Notes under the pieces: model-generated | Database searches by the model: none | Seen by the model: the letters and a program-made list of their open reading frames with translations, nothing else | What the model was told of the DNA's origin: nothing | NCBI RefSeq assembly: GCF_006345805.1 | Contig: NC_043016.1 | Location: 29,326,001 to 29,390,000 of the forward strand | Direction of reading: 5' to 3' | DNA from: Octopus sinensis | Lineage: Eukaryota | DNA: 64,000 nucleotides | Translations under genes and position numbers: made by a program | Part shown: in pieces, positions 37,976 to 50,620 of the stretch | Layout of the letters: each line of letters starts with the position of its first letter | Position numbering within the stretch: the first letter of the stretch is position 1

Positions 37976-38597
37976 TATTATAATGATGATGATGGTGGTG
38001 GTGGTGGTGGTGGCGGCGGCGGTGGCGGCGGTGGTGGCGGCAGCGGTGGTGGCAGCAGCGGCAGCAGTGGCAGCGGCAGCAGCGGCAGCAGTGGCGGCAG
38101 CGGCAGCAGCGGCAGCAGTGGCAGCAGTGGCAGTGGCAGCAGTTGAAGCAGCAGTAGTGGCAGTGGCAGCAGTGGCGGTGGTGGTGGTGGTGATGGTGGT
38201 GGCACATATCTGATAGTTAATGACAGTGGTGGAAATATAATTATGTGCACATTATGTAAAGATGAACAGATGGATGTGTTTAAATATAAGTGTTTGTTCA
38301 TATGTGTACATGTATGTGTGTGTGAGTGTATATACATATATATATATGAGAGGTAATGGTGTCAATAAGACCCAAAGGTGTCAGGTAATGCTGATTAAGT
38401 GCTATGGACAGACAATAGTTAAGCTCCAGGTTCAGTGATTATGTGAATGAGGAGTTCAATGCAGGTCATATATTAGCATGCATATGGAACTGCAGATGCA
38501 ATATCCCTGCATATCTCACGTCTGTTTTCATTCCACCACTTCACTCTCTATTTCATTCTTCTCTAGAATAACTATTGCTTATCCATTTTCTCAGACT

Positions 38598-38645
38598 GTC
38601 TCCGATGAAGAGATATATAAAATATCACGGAAACAGCTGTAAGAC
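38598..38645 (+). ncRNA. Minimal Penelope-type hammerhead-ribozyme-like motif
   Basis: GTCT-CCGATGA-A-GAGATAT(ATAAA)ATATC-ACG-GAAAC-AGCT-GTA-AGAC. Stem I GTCT/AGAC; palindromic ACAGCTGT stem III; predicted cut after 38641. Confidence 0.6.
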
Positions 38646-38713
38646 CACTTTATAAATGTTCTGAAATCTTTCACAGCCTTGGATTTTTATCTCATTCAGT
38701 TAAATTTATACAT

Positions 38714-39175
38714 AGTGCTGATGGCACGTAAGAGAACCATCCGAACATGGCCATTGCCAGCACCGCCCCGACTGGCCTCCGTGCCGGTGGCATGTAAAAT
38801 GCACAATCCGATTGTGGCCATTGCCAGCGCCGCCCCGACTGGCCTCCATGCCGGTGGCATGTAAAATGCACAATCCGATTGTGGCCATTGCCAGCGCCGC
38901 CCTGACTGGCCTCTGTGCCGGTGGCACGTAAAAAGCACCATCCGATCATGGCCGTTTGCCAGCCTCGTTTGGCACCTGTGCAGGTGGCACGTAAAAAGCA
39001 CCTACTACACTCACGGAGTGGGTGGCGTTAGGAAGGGCATCCAGCCGTAGAAACACTGCCAGATCAGACTGGGCCTGGCGCAGCCTTCTGGCTTCCCAGA
39101 TCCCCAGTCGAACCGTCCAACCCATGCTAGCATGGAAAACGGACGTTAAACAATGATGATGATGATGATGATGAT
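38714..39175 (+). mobile_element. RTE 3' UTR fragment with ~5 VNTR units
   Basis: Same UTR family; (GAT)n tail. Confidence 0.85.
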
Positions 39176-39327
39176 ATATATTTATAAATGTATGTATTTT
39201 GTATGTATGTATATATATATATTATATATATATATATATATATATTTAATTTACTCTGCTATGTATTGAGTACCTTATTTACTGTGGTTAACCCCGACTC
39301 AACCCGGGACCTACATATATATATATA

Positions 39328-39425
<98 letters not shown>

Positions 39426-39436
39426 ATATATATACA

Positions 39437-39472
<36 letters not shown>

Positions 39473-39500
39473 CACACACACATATATATATATAAATACA

Positions 39501-39563
<63 letters not shown>

Positions 39564-40419
39564 GTGTTTATGTATTTGTGTGTGTATAGATATACATAGA
39601 TATATATATATATATAAACACAGATTCACACTTAGATGAAAAACAAGTGACAATAAAATACAACCTACTTGAACATTCCTCTTAATAATCTTAGGTTTGT
39701 TAATCTATTCAAAGCTATGGGAAATGTTGTATAAAAAATGACTTGTGAGACACAATAGGTGAGAAATTTAACACGATATTAGTGTGTCTAGGTTAGGTAT
39801 CTAGGTAAGATCAGATCCTTATTTACATCAATAGTCATTGTGTTGTGTTCCTGATAAACAGTTTGACAAACCATTTTGAGAAATTGTATCCATGTCAAAG
39901 TGAATGGACAGTGAAGAAAGAGAACCAACTGAATACGATTTCACATTGCAATCTCTCTGCACAGCTCACACTCATACACTACACACACACTGCACCCACT
40001 CCCCTCCACCCACACATAGTACTCTCCCCACCCACACTGCACTCTTCACACCCACAGTCAAAACTCTACCTGTCCACACTGCATTATTCCCCTTCCCGCT
40101 TCCTCACGCACACACACATACCGATCTCTTTTCAATCACACTGCACTTTCCCACCCACATTACACTCTCCTCCACACACACACACACACACATACTCATA
40201 CTGCAGTACTCTCCCTACCCTAATACACTGCACTCTCCTCATCCACCCCTCGCACACACACATGCAACATTCTTCCTGCCCACACTTGCTGCATTATTAA
40301 TCAGTGCATGTCAGAGCATGTAGGATATCACTCATCTTGGTGAATGGGATATGACGTATCTGAAATGATATATCAACAGGTGACAGTCATTCAGTTCACA
40401 GTCTATGTCCCTTTTTTCT

Positions 40420-40838
40420 TTATTGCCCACAAGGGGCTAAACATAGAGGGGACAAACGAGGGGATTAAATCGATTGCATTGCCCCAGTGTGTAACTGGTA
40501 CTTAATTTATTGACCCCAAAAGGATGAAAGGCAAAGTCGACCTCGGCAGAATTTGAACTCAGAACATAACGGCAGACGAAATACTGCTAAGCATTTCGCC
40601 CAGTGTGCTAACGATTCTTATTTCTTTATTGCTAAACATAGAGGGGACAAACAAGGATAGACAAAGGGATTAAGTTAATTACATTCACCTCAGTGCGTAA
40701 CTGGTACTTAATTTACTGACCCCGAAAGGATGAAAGGCAAAGTCAACTTCAGCGGAATTTGAACTCAGAACATAACAGCAGACGAAATACTGCTAAGCAT
40801 TTCGCCTGGCATGCTAATGTTTCTGCCAGCTCACTGCC
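40420..40838 (-). mobile_element. Young SINE-B dimer (C-type)
   Basis: Tail AAAGAAATA of one unit is fused to AGAATCGTTAGC within the head of the next at 40618/40619. Confidence 0.85.
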
Positions 40839-40889
40839 CTCAACGGCGAGCTGTGTCCCTTGGGTTTGTTCAGTCAGTTGGCACAAGGT

Positions 40890-41312
40890 CAACATTCTCG
40901 AGGAAATGGGTAAGTCGATTATGTCGAGCCCCACCAGTGCTCAGCTCATACTTATTTTATGGACCATGAAAGAATGAAAGAGGAAAGACAACCTTGGCAG
41001 AATTTAAATTCAGAATGTAAAGATAGACAAAATACCACTAAGCATTTTGCCCAGCATGCAAACAATTCTGCCCATTCACAGCCCTATTGGCATCAATATG
41101 GATTTTCAAATTTTAGCACAAAGCCAGCATATTCAGGGAAGAGTGTAAGATGATTACATCAACCCCAGTTCTCAACTGGTACTTATTTTATTGGCCCCAA
41201 AAGGATGGAAGGCAAAGTCTGTCTCAGTGGAATTTGAACTTAGAACATATGGATGGACAGAATGTTGCCCAGTATGGTAACAATTCTGCCACCTCACCGC
41301 ATTTGAAGCTCT

Positions 41313-41350
<38 letters not shown>

Positions 41351-41830
41351 TAATAATAATAATAATTATGGTTTCAAATTTTGCCACAAGGGCGGAAATT
41401 TTGGTGGAGGGCATAAGTCAATTACATCAACCCCAATGTTTCACCGGTACTTAATTTATTGACCCCAAAAGGATGATAGGCAAAGTTGACCTCGGCAGAA
41501 TTTGAACTCAGAATGTAGTGATGGGTGAAATACTGCTAAGCATTCATCCAGCGCGCTAATGAATCTGCCAACTCGCCACCTTAATATAATAATAATAATA
41601 GTAATAATAATGGTAATAATAATCCTTACTATTATAGGAACAAGGCCAGAAATTTGGGGGAGGAGATAGTCGATTATATCGACCCCAATGCATAACTGGT
41701 GCTTATTTCATTGATTCCAAAAAGACGAAAGGTAAAGTTGACCTCGGCAGAATTTGAACTCAGAAGGTAGCAACAAGCGAAATACCACTGAGCATTTTGC
41801 TCAGCATGCTAATGGTTCTGCCAGCTCACC
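40890..41830 (-). mobile_element. Four older SINE-B copies head-to-tail, mostly separated by (TAA)n
   Basis: Copies at ~40890-41070, 41095-41300, 41370-41580 and 41620-41830. Confidence 0.8.
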
Positions 41831-41957
41831 GCCTTTTTGGTATTAGTAACATTGGTAATATTGGTATAACATTGGCATGATATTGGTATGATGTTAGTAG
41901 GTATAATATCATGCTCAAATATAATATAATTATAGCCCCTGTATGTAAACAAAGAAA

Positions 41958-42124
41958 GTGCATGGCTCAGTGGTCAGAGCATCGGGCTTACAATCATGAG
42001 GTAGTGTGTTCAGTTCCTGGACCGGGCTGTGTGTTATGTTCTTCAGCAAGACACTTTATTCCCAGTTGTTCTAGTTCACTCAGCTGTAGAAATGAGATGT
42101 GACATCACTGGTGCCAGCCAGTCA
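41958..42124 (+). mobile_element. SINE-C, 3'-truncated
   Basis: GTGCATGGCTCAGTGGTCAGAGC head and CAGCAAGACACTTTATT body. Confidence 0.75.
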
Positions 42125-43020
42125 CACGTTGCAAGGCAGAGAATAAGAGGTAGTCAGAAGGGGCAAGGTCAGGAGAGTACGGTGAGTGCACCATAATCCC
42201 CCAGCCTACCTCCTCCAGCTTCTCTGACGTCTTCTTTGCATGATGTGCTGGCACATTTTCTTGGTGGTAAATTATATTCTTCAAATTTGAGTGATTTTTG
42301 GCCAGCATGATCTTTAGACGGTTGCTTTGTTCACAGTAGACTTCCTTGTCAATGGTGGTATTGCATGGGAGGCGGCAAGCTGGCAGAAACGTTAGCTGGC
42401 CGGGCGAAATGCTGAGCGGTATTTCGTCTGCTGCTACGTTCTGAGTTCAAATTCCGCCGAGGTCAACTTTGCCTTTCATCCCTTCGGGGTCGATAAATTA
42501 AGTACCAGTTACGCACTGGGGTCAATATAATCGACTTAATACCTATGTCTGTTCTTGTTTGTCCCCTCTATGTTTAGCCCCTTGTGGGTAATAAAGAAAT
42601 AGGTATTGCATGGGAGAAGACCCAACATAATCACACCACAGCAATCCCACCAAAGTGAGATCATAACCTTCTTTTGCACAAGCGGTCATTTAGCAAAGGT
42701 TTTGGCTGTTGATCTTTGCTACACCAGGATCGCCTGCACCTCACGTTGGAGTACAGTACCCACTTTTCATCCATAGTGATTACTGACTCCGACCAATCGA
42801 ATCTTCGGCTTTGCCAGAGCAGACAGTGACACATGCTTGTCTGTTCGCTTCAGTCAATTCATGTGGCACTCATTTTACAAGCTTGCTGACCTTGCCGAAA
42901 TGATGCAGGTGGTTGATGATCGTGACATGGAAGACGCCAAAATGTACCGCGAGTTGACGTGCAGTTTGAATTGGATCGGCTTCAATGACTTGCAACCATA
43001 ACTTGTCCAAGAACTTTCTT
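42125..43020 (-). pseudogene. mariner transposase relic, split by SINE-B
   Basis: ..HHFGKVSKLVK*VPHELT (WVPHEL motif) and C-terminal HQENVPAH..GWGIMVHSPYSPDLAPSDYLLF (YSPDLAPSD motif). Confidence 0.85.
42371..42601 (+). mobile_element. Young SINE-B (T-type) with 14-bp TSD
   Basis: TSD GGTATTGCATGGGA at 42357-42370 and 42602-42615. Confidence 0.92.
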
Positions 43021-43059
43021 ACCAATGAAATATATATGGATGGATGGATGGATGGAAAT

Positions 43060-43290
43060 AGATATAGATATATGTATGTATTTGTGTGTCTGTGTTTGGC
43101 CACCCACTTCACAACCAATGTTGGTGTGTTTACATTCCCATAACTTAGTGGGTTGGCAAAAAGAGAGTGATAGAATAAGTACTAGGCTTACAAAGAATAA
43201 GTGCTGGAGTCGATTATTTTCGACTAAAAGCAGTGCTCCAGCATGGCTGCAGTCAAATGACTGAAAAGAATAAGAGAATAAGAGAATAAG
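43060..43290 (+). mobile_element. SINE-A 3' half
   Basis: SINE-A 3' body with (AGAATAAG)n tail. Confidence 0.75.
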
Positions 43291-43481
43291 TAAAAATGTG
43301 TACTACAAAGTTGTGCTGAAAAGTTCCTGGCGTTGGGTAAAAGAAAATACTGGAGAATCGGTGAATTATGATTTTATTCAAAATATTCCTCTCTCAGATT
43401 CACAAACTTATTGCAGCAGTCCTTCGGTAAACTCTTCCTTATTCTTCACCTACAAAAGGGTACAATACAAATAAAAAATAT

Positions 43482-43664
43482 CCTCCTTTTAGCATTTAAA
43501 TCAGTTGCATCAGGCCCAAATATTCTATCTATTTTTATGTTCAATATACCAGATCCAGCCTCTCACACCTGCCTTACAATGTCTTTCTAAAAACAAGCAA
43601 TCACATCATTGAGATTTCATTAAGCAGTGCATTTAACAGAATAATCCAAATACTAAAGAGTTAA
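43482..43664. mobile_element. piggyBac-like MITE (TTAA-type), diverged
   Basis: CTTTTAGCATTTAAA ... TACTAAAGAGTTAA; homologous to 46858-47092. Confidence 0.6.
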
Positions 43665-44290
43665 TTAACAGCAAAGCACTGAGTCTCCTTCAATAACACA
43701 ATCACTACACAATGTCAGAGAAAACTAGGCTTGCCCCAACACAATTCCTACACTACAACCACCACCACCTCCATCACCACCACCACCACCACACAACAAC
43801 AACAACAATAACAACAACAACGATGACAACAATAACATCCAGCCACAGTAGTAACAGCAGTAACAACAACAACAATTACAACACAAATAAAACACTAAAA
43901 AATAAAACTGTTAGGTCTTTACAAATTTTCTTGACCTGCCTCATATATAATTGATATAAACTATATTCTTAAGACTAGCATTCTTCATAAAGACCAGGAA
44001 ATGGTTCAGCTCTCATTAATTACTAACAAAGCTCAAATAAGGTTGCACTATGGCCACTACAGAAGTCTTAGACATGTTACCATTATTACATTGGTCTTTA
44101 CTCCATTGAGCTAGAGATGTAGAGACTATTGTGGCATTGGTTTAAGTCTGTTCAGTTTCTAACTTTATTATATTCTCATGTCTATGGTGACCCGCTTCCA
44201 ACATTCAACATTAAACATATTGTCCCCTCAAAACTTCGTTTTGATTCGGAGTTTTGCTTTGTTGCTATTGCTGCTGCTGTTGTTGTTGTT

Positions 44291-44480
44291 AAGCAACAAG
44301 ACAGGTAAGGGTGATTAGATGATGGTCTTGGGCTTAGGGGCAGGAGACCCCAGACCTTGGAAAAAAAAAACTTTGGTCGTCTTGTTGTAGTCGAGGGCTC
44401 TTCGTTGACACCCCGACACCACTGGGAGGTGGCCCTCGAAGTCACTGGAAATGGAGATCTCCAGGTCCAAATTCTTGAAT
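44291..44480 (-). mobile_element. ~190-bp repeat embedded in (CTG/TTG)n (copy 1)
   Basis: Homologous to 61166-61352; both copies are flanked on both sides by CTG/TTG triplets. Confidence 0.8.
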
Positions 44481-44593
44481 GGCTGCTGCTGCTGTTGTTG
44501 TTGTTGCTGTTGATAATGTTGTTAATTTACTTTGGACCGTCCCAAACAAGCAGATCTTTGATTCACCTAACTTGTCAGTTAACCAAATGTGTG

Positions 44594-45270
44594 TAACCCT
44601 TCAGCACTTAAACAGGTCATATCTAGCCCAAATATTCTATCTGTTGCATGTTTAAAACCACCAAATTCTACCTGTCACATCTCCCCTACAATGTCAGTCC
44701 AAAAATGAACGATCATATCATCAAAATTTCAAAGCTATGAGATAATGCAAGATTTATTCAAAACAATATAAGTAGGAGTGGCTGTGTGGTAAGAAGCTTG
44801 TTTCCCAACCACACGGTTCCAGGTTCAGTCCCACAGCATGGCACCTGCTGCAGGTGTCTTCTACTATAGCCTCAGGCCAACCAAAGCCTTGTGAGTGGAT
44901 TTAGTAGACAGAATCTGAAAGAAGCCCGTCGTATGTGTGTGTATATGTGTGCATGCATGTGTGTGTGTGTGTGTGTGTGCGTGCATGTGTGTGTGTATGT
45001 GTGTGTGTGTATGTATATGTTTGTATGCCTGTGTTTGTGCTTCAACCATCTCTTGACAACCATGTGTATACATCCCCATAACTTAGTAGTTCAGCAAAAG
45101 AGTCTGATAGAATAAGTATTAGGCTTACAAAGAATATGTTCTGGGGTTGATTTGTTCAACTAAAGGCAGTGCTCCAGCAAGGCTGCAGTCAAATGACTGA
45201 AACAAATACAAGAGTGAAAGTGTTAATAAGCATTACACTTAACAGAGTAATCTGAATGCTAAAAGATAAA
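44594..45270. mobile_element. piggyBac-like MITE split by a full SINE-A (44771-45220, +)
   Basis: MITE halves TAACCCTTCAGCACTTAAA... and ...CAGAGTAATCTGAATGCTAAAAGATAA flank the SINE-A. Confidence 0.75.
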
Positions 45271-46857
45271 CTACTACAGATCTGTGCTCTACATATATCA
45301 TGCAGCTTTTTATTTGAAGACAATACTACACACTTCAGCAATCAGTGATTAACAATATAGGAGCAAGGAGGATTGGAGTGACACTGGAGGTATATTACAG
45401 TTCATCCACTGACCGGTTTGCTCCTGCAAGCCTCCAGGTTCCAGTGCTGTCAAAGCATAGTAGACCAAGATGGATTTAGTCACTTAGTCAAGGAGTGAAA
45501 CATTTTGTTGGTTTATTATATATAAATTTTTGTTTTTGCTTGTTTTCATCATTAAAGCTGTGCATCTCAGTTTGGTATTTGGGTCTTATGAGATTAATAT
45601 TTATCTCAGGGTCAAATCTAAATAAGCATGCAATATACACTCAAAGGGGTAGTCCACCTACGACCATCTCATTTTTTGTTTGTTTGTTTTTTTGTTGTTT
45701 TTTGTGCATACTATCTATCTTGGACAACATATCAAATGGAACCTGTTTTTAAAACTGTAGAATATTATATGCAGGAGATTTGGTTGCTAGTTCTAACCAG
45801 TTAAAAATCTGCATAATTGTTCTCTTGTAGTCTTAGTGACATTTCTGAAGCTGCCTATTTTATTTTTATATATGTGGAGAAAGCCATATTTAAAATGTCA
45901 ATCCCTGCCCCCAGGGTTTTCCACCAGCACCAACCTGAATTGAATATAAAATGTACCAATATCGAAAGTATGGGAGAACATCAGAAAATTAGTTAATGGC
46001 TACTGCCTTTTAAACAGTCCTCGTGGTTCATTGATATCAAATTTTTGTAAATTCCAAATGAATGAAAACGAAAATTTGACCCAGAATGCATATGGCAGGT
46101 AATTAGGGTCAATGTTTCTCATAGCAGGATGGAGAGGATGCTCCCACTCATTCTTGTAGGGGGGGGGGGCTGCGAGGATCGAAAAGAAAGGGGACGATAA
46201 ATTGCGAAGCTTGATAAAAACTAAAATGATCTTAAAAGTATCCAACACCATAGAAAAAACGGGAAAATGTTGTCGTGTTCATAAACAGGGGGAGGAGGAG
46301 ATTTCAGTAATATTTTTTGAGGTTGGGGGAAACGGGTATCCGTAAGTTTAAGAACCCCCTTCTTATTATCTGTTATACTTTGAACGTCTTCTTTCAATAA
46401 ATTAAGGAGCAATGTTTCAGAGAGTTACTCCCCTTGAATTACTTTTATAAATTAATGAAGGGAACGTCACCCACTGTTGATGCTTAGCTCCTGTTATTGT
46501 TCATATTTGACCTCACGTCGATGCAGTTCTATCTGACCTATGATATATGTCTTCCCAACATTGACAATTCCATCATTTTGTACGCAGGATATAATTTGGA
46601 GAAGAGTTGAATCTGTTACTGGAAAGACATGCAACAGTAAAAGGGCTCTCCCTCTTTAGCTTTCTCATCATAAAGTTAAACATGGAACGTGTATAGAAAT
46701 ATTGTGTAGAACACACTGCATGTGGACCTAGCGACTGATGACGATTATAAAGTTAAATGTTGAGAGGTGGTCTATTTTAATGGTGTGATTTTGGCTTGGT
46801 GGAAGGGTCTGTGCTCATAGTATTCACAGACTCCAAGATTCGTCTGACTGGCATAGT

Positions 46858-47092
46858 TTAACCATTTAGCATTCAGATTTCTCTGTCAAAGGTAATGCTT
46901 ATTTATTCACATTGTTTTTTAAATTAATCATGCATTATCTTGTAGCTTCAAGATTTCAGTGATGTGATAGTTTATAATTAAAATGACATTTTAGGGTAGG
47001 TGTGATGTGACAGGCAGGATCTGACTGGTTTGAACTGAAAAACAGGTAGAATATTTGGGTCATTTGTGGCCAGTTTAAATGCTAAAGGGTTA
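46858..47092. mobile_element. piggyBac-like MITE
   Basis: TTAACCATTTAGCATT ... AATGCTAAAGGGTTA terminal inverted repeats with TTAA-like ends. Confidence 0.75.
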
Positions 47093-47412
47093 GTGCACCT
47101 CTAAACATCAACTTACATAGAAGTTATTCCAGAAGAGTAATATTCTAGTGGGTGGGGGGCAAGACTAAGTAGAAATGTCTGAGATAGGATAGGAAGTGGT
47201 GGGCACGATACGGATGACAAGAGGATGAGAGATAAGTGAGCTGAGAGGACCTGAATGAAGGAGGTAGCACCAGGCAGCTGCTAGCTTTGCAGAGCAGAGG
47301 TCACCTCACTAGTAAATATACTGCCATAAAGACAGAATGGTTCTTGCCTTCCATTCAGTCATCCACGTTGGTCTTTACACAGTGAATAATGTATGATGTG
47401 TGTGTGTGTGTG

Positions 47413-47474
<62 letters not shown>

Positions 47475-47829
47475 ATGTAAACAACAAATATATTCTTTCA
47501 GTGAAATTTCAAAAATGAAAGTTTGGAATATAGGTACTCATGAAAGAAAATAGCTTGAGAAAATACACATAGTGGTTGTAGTAAATTTAAGCAGACAATA
47601 GTTTAGCTTGTTACTATGGACACAAACACCAATGCGTCAGTGGCTTTTGATTGGCTAAAATTACCCAAAAGTTGCAAACTTTAAAACCTATTAACTTATT
47701 TTTTAATTTATGAAAAACTGAATTTCATTTCCATAATTAACTTACAAAACTACATCAGTATACCAAATTTGAAAACAATTGGAACAAAATCTAAAAAATA
47801 GGCAAATGTCAGTAACAGAAAAGATCACA

Positions 47830-47872
47830 CATACATACATACATACATACATACATACATACATACATACAT

Positions 47873-47919
<47 letters not shown>

Positions 47920-48165
47920 TACATGCATACATACATACATGCATACATACATGCATACATACATGCATACATGCATACATACATACATGCATACATACAT
48001 ACTCACATTCATATGTACATACATACAAACATACATACACACATGCATACATACATACTCACATACATATATACATACATGATGCATGCATGCATGCATA
48101 CATACATAAATACATACATACATACATACATACATACATACATACATACATACATACATGTATGT
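47830..48165. repeat. (CATA)n/(CA)n microsatellite
   Basis: Direct reading of the sequence. Confidence 0.95.
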
Positions 48166-48385
48166 ATGTCTTCCACACATACAGGCTTGTATCTTCCAGT
48201 ACTGGTGCCACTTAAAAAGAACCTGCCAGCGCTGTGTAAAGGTCCCTGTGCCAGTAACATGTAAAAAAAACACCCATCGCACTCTGCTAAGTGGTTGCAT
48301 TAGGAAGAGCATCCAGCCATAGAAATCATGCCTCAACAGACAACTAGAGTCTGGACATTTCTCTGCTAGCCAGCTCCATGTCAAA

Positions 48386-49848
48386 CTCTTTTACTCTTTT
48401 ACTTGTTTCAGTCATTTGACTGCGGCTATGCTGGAGCACCACCTTTAGTCGAGCAAATCGATCCCAGGACTTATTCTTTGTAAGCCTAGTACTTATTCTA
48501 TCGGTCTCTTTTACTGAACCGCTAAGTTACGGGGACATAAACACACCAGCATCGGTTGTCAAGTGATGTTGGGGGGACAAACACAGACACACAAACATCA
48601 TCATCATCATCATCATCGTTTAACGTCCGTTCTCCATGCTAGCATGGGTTGGATGGTTCAACTGGGGATCTGGGAAGCCAGAAGGCTGCACCAGGCTCCA
48701 GTTTTATCTGGCAATGTTTCTTCAGCTGGATGCCCTTCCTAACGCCAACCACTCCGTGAGTGTAGTGGGTGCTTTTTACGTGCCACCTGCACAGGTGCCA
48801 GGCGTGGCTGGCAACGGCCACAGTTGGATTGGTGCATTTTATGTGCTACTGGCACGGAAGCCAGTCGAGGTGGCGCTGGCATCGGCCACGAGTCGGATAG
48901 TGCTTTCTACGTACCACCAGTCCAGGGGTCCTGGCTGGTTCAATTCAATTTCGATTTCGATTTCGCTTGCCCCAACATGTCTTCACAAGCAAAGGGGGTT
49001 GGCATGGGTGCCTGTCATCGGATGAGGTTCTATATCAACTTCGCTTGCCTCAACAGGTCTTTGTGTCCAAGGGAGGAAAGGCATGCATAAGTGGGCTGGG
49101 CTCACTTGTCCTGCCTGGTCTTCTCACGTACAGCATATTTCCAAAGGTCTCGGTCGCTGGTCATTTCCTCAGTGAGGCTTAAAGTTCGAAGGTCGTGCTT
49201 CACCACCTCGTCCCAGGTTTTCCTGGGTCTACCTCTTCCACAGGTTCCCTCAACTGCTAGGGATTGGCACTTTCTCACACACCTATCTTCATCCATTCTC
49301 GCCACATGACCATACCAGCACAATCGTCTTTCTTGCACACCACAACTGATGCTTCTTAGGTACAACATTTCTCTCAAGGTACTAACACTCTGTCGAGTAT
49401 GTACACTGACATTACACATCCATCGGAGCATACTGGCTTCATTCCTCACGAGCTTACGCATGTCCTCAGCAGTCACGGCCCATGTTTCACTGCCATGTAG
49501 CATGGCTGTTCGTACCTATGCATCATACAGTCTGCCTTTTACTCTGAGCGAGAGGCCTTTAGTCACCAGCAGAGGTAAGAGCTCCCTAAACTTTGCCCAG
49601 GCTATTCTTATTCTAGCAGTTACACTTTCAGTGCACCCATCCCCACTACTGACTTGGTCACCTAGATAACGGAAGCTATCACATATATACAATGGGCTTC
49701 TTTCAGTTTCCGTCTCCCAAATCCACTCACAAGGCTTGGCTGCTCGAGGCTATAGTAGAAGACACTTGCCCAAGGTGCCACACAGTGGGACTGAACCTGG
49801 AACCATGTGGTTCATAAGCAAGCTACTTACCATACAGCCACTTCTATG

Positions 49849-49852
<4 letters not shown>
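48386..49852 (-). mobile_element. SINE-A split by an RTE insertion
   Basis: SINE-A 3' body at 48386-48596 and 5' half at 49681-49852. Confidence 0.85.
48597..49680 (-). mobile_element. 5'-truncated RTE LINE: ORF C-terminus, ~500-bp 3' UTR with VNTR, (GAT)n tail
   Basis: MLHGSETWAVTAEDMRKL..MLRWMCNV..RRLCWYGHVARM..GRGRPRKTW..DRDLWK (RTE C-terminal motifs), continuous with the UTR found as solo copies elsewhere. Confidence 0.92.
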
Positions 49853-49881
<29 letters not shown>

Positions 49882-49899
49882 CAGACATCTTCCTGTTTC

Positions 49900-50620
49900 T
49901 GCTGACCAATCTACCTACAAGTATTCAAAATATCTCAACTTCTAAACACTACCTTTGTTTCAATATGTTTTGCCATGGGTACATAAGTGGTCAGGTCTTC
50001 TGCAGTCCTGTCAGCCCCTTCCCCACTTCATCCCAATTTCCTTGGTCTCCTTCTTCCACAAGTACCACTAACATAGGGTGCTCAGCACTGTCTTTGTACA
50101 GTAGTCATCTTCCATACACATCACATGTCCATATTAACAAATCCTTCCTCTCTTGTATACTGCACCTGATTCCTCTTATACCCAGGTTTTCTTTCAGTTC
50201 ATTTATACTCTGCTATTCATGCACACTAATGTTGCACATCCAGAACATGCTAACTTCCTTTCTTTCTAGTCTTTGCAAGTCTTCAGTATTCAAGGCCAAT
50301 GACCATGCAACATCACACAAACACAAATACATATATGTAATTCATCATTATCAATTAACATCCACCTGTAAAAAAGCTAGAGAGGAATAAAGCTAGATGT
50401 GTAGTGTTAGTTTGTACTGCTGAGTAAAAAAGGAATCAGATGTAGTGTGCAAGAGAGAGATTATATTGATATAGACAGAAAAATAATGTGTATGGATGGT
50501 AACAGATAAAGAAGAGCCAGGATATCTAAGGTAGACATGGGCAGAAATAGTTAAAGCTAATGTCAAGACATTGAACCTGATAAAAGAGACAACAAAAGAA
50601 CAAAACAAATGACAAGGCAC
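49900..50620. pseudogene. Two much older RTE C-terminal relics in opposite orientations (49900-50320 minus; 50395-50620 plus)
   Basis: Degenerate LNTEDLQRLERKEVSM..GIRGIRCSIQER..GTCGRRRPR and GIRCSVQER..TWAEIVKA. Confidence 0.5.

Noticed and set aside
47140-47400. CR1/Jockey-like C-terminal relic on the minus strand
   Set aside because: Only faint similarity (LSSSCHPYR); too degenerate to call.
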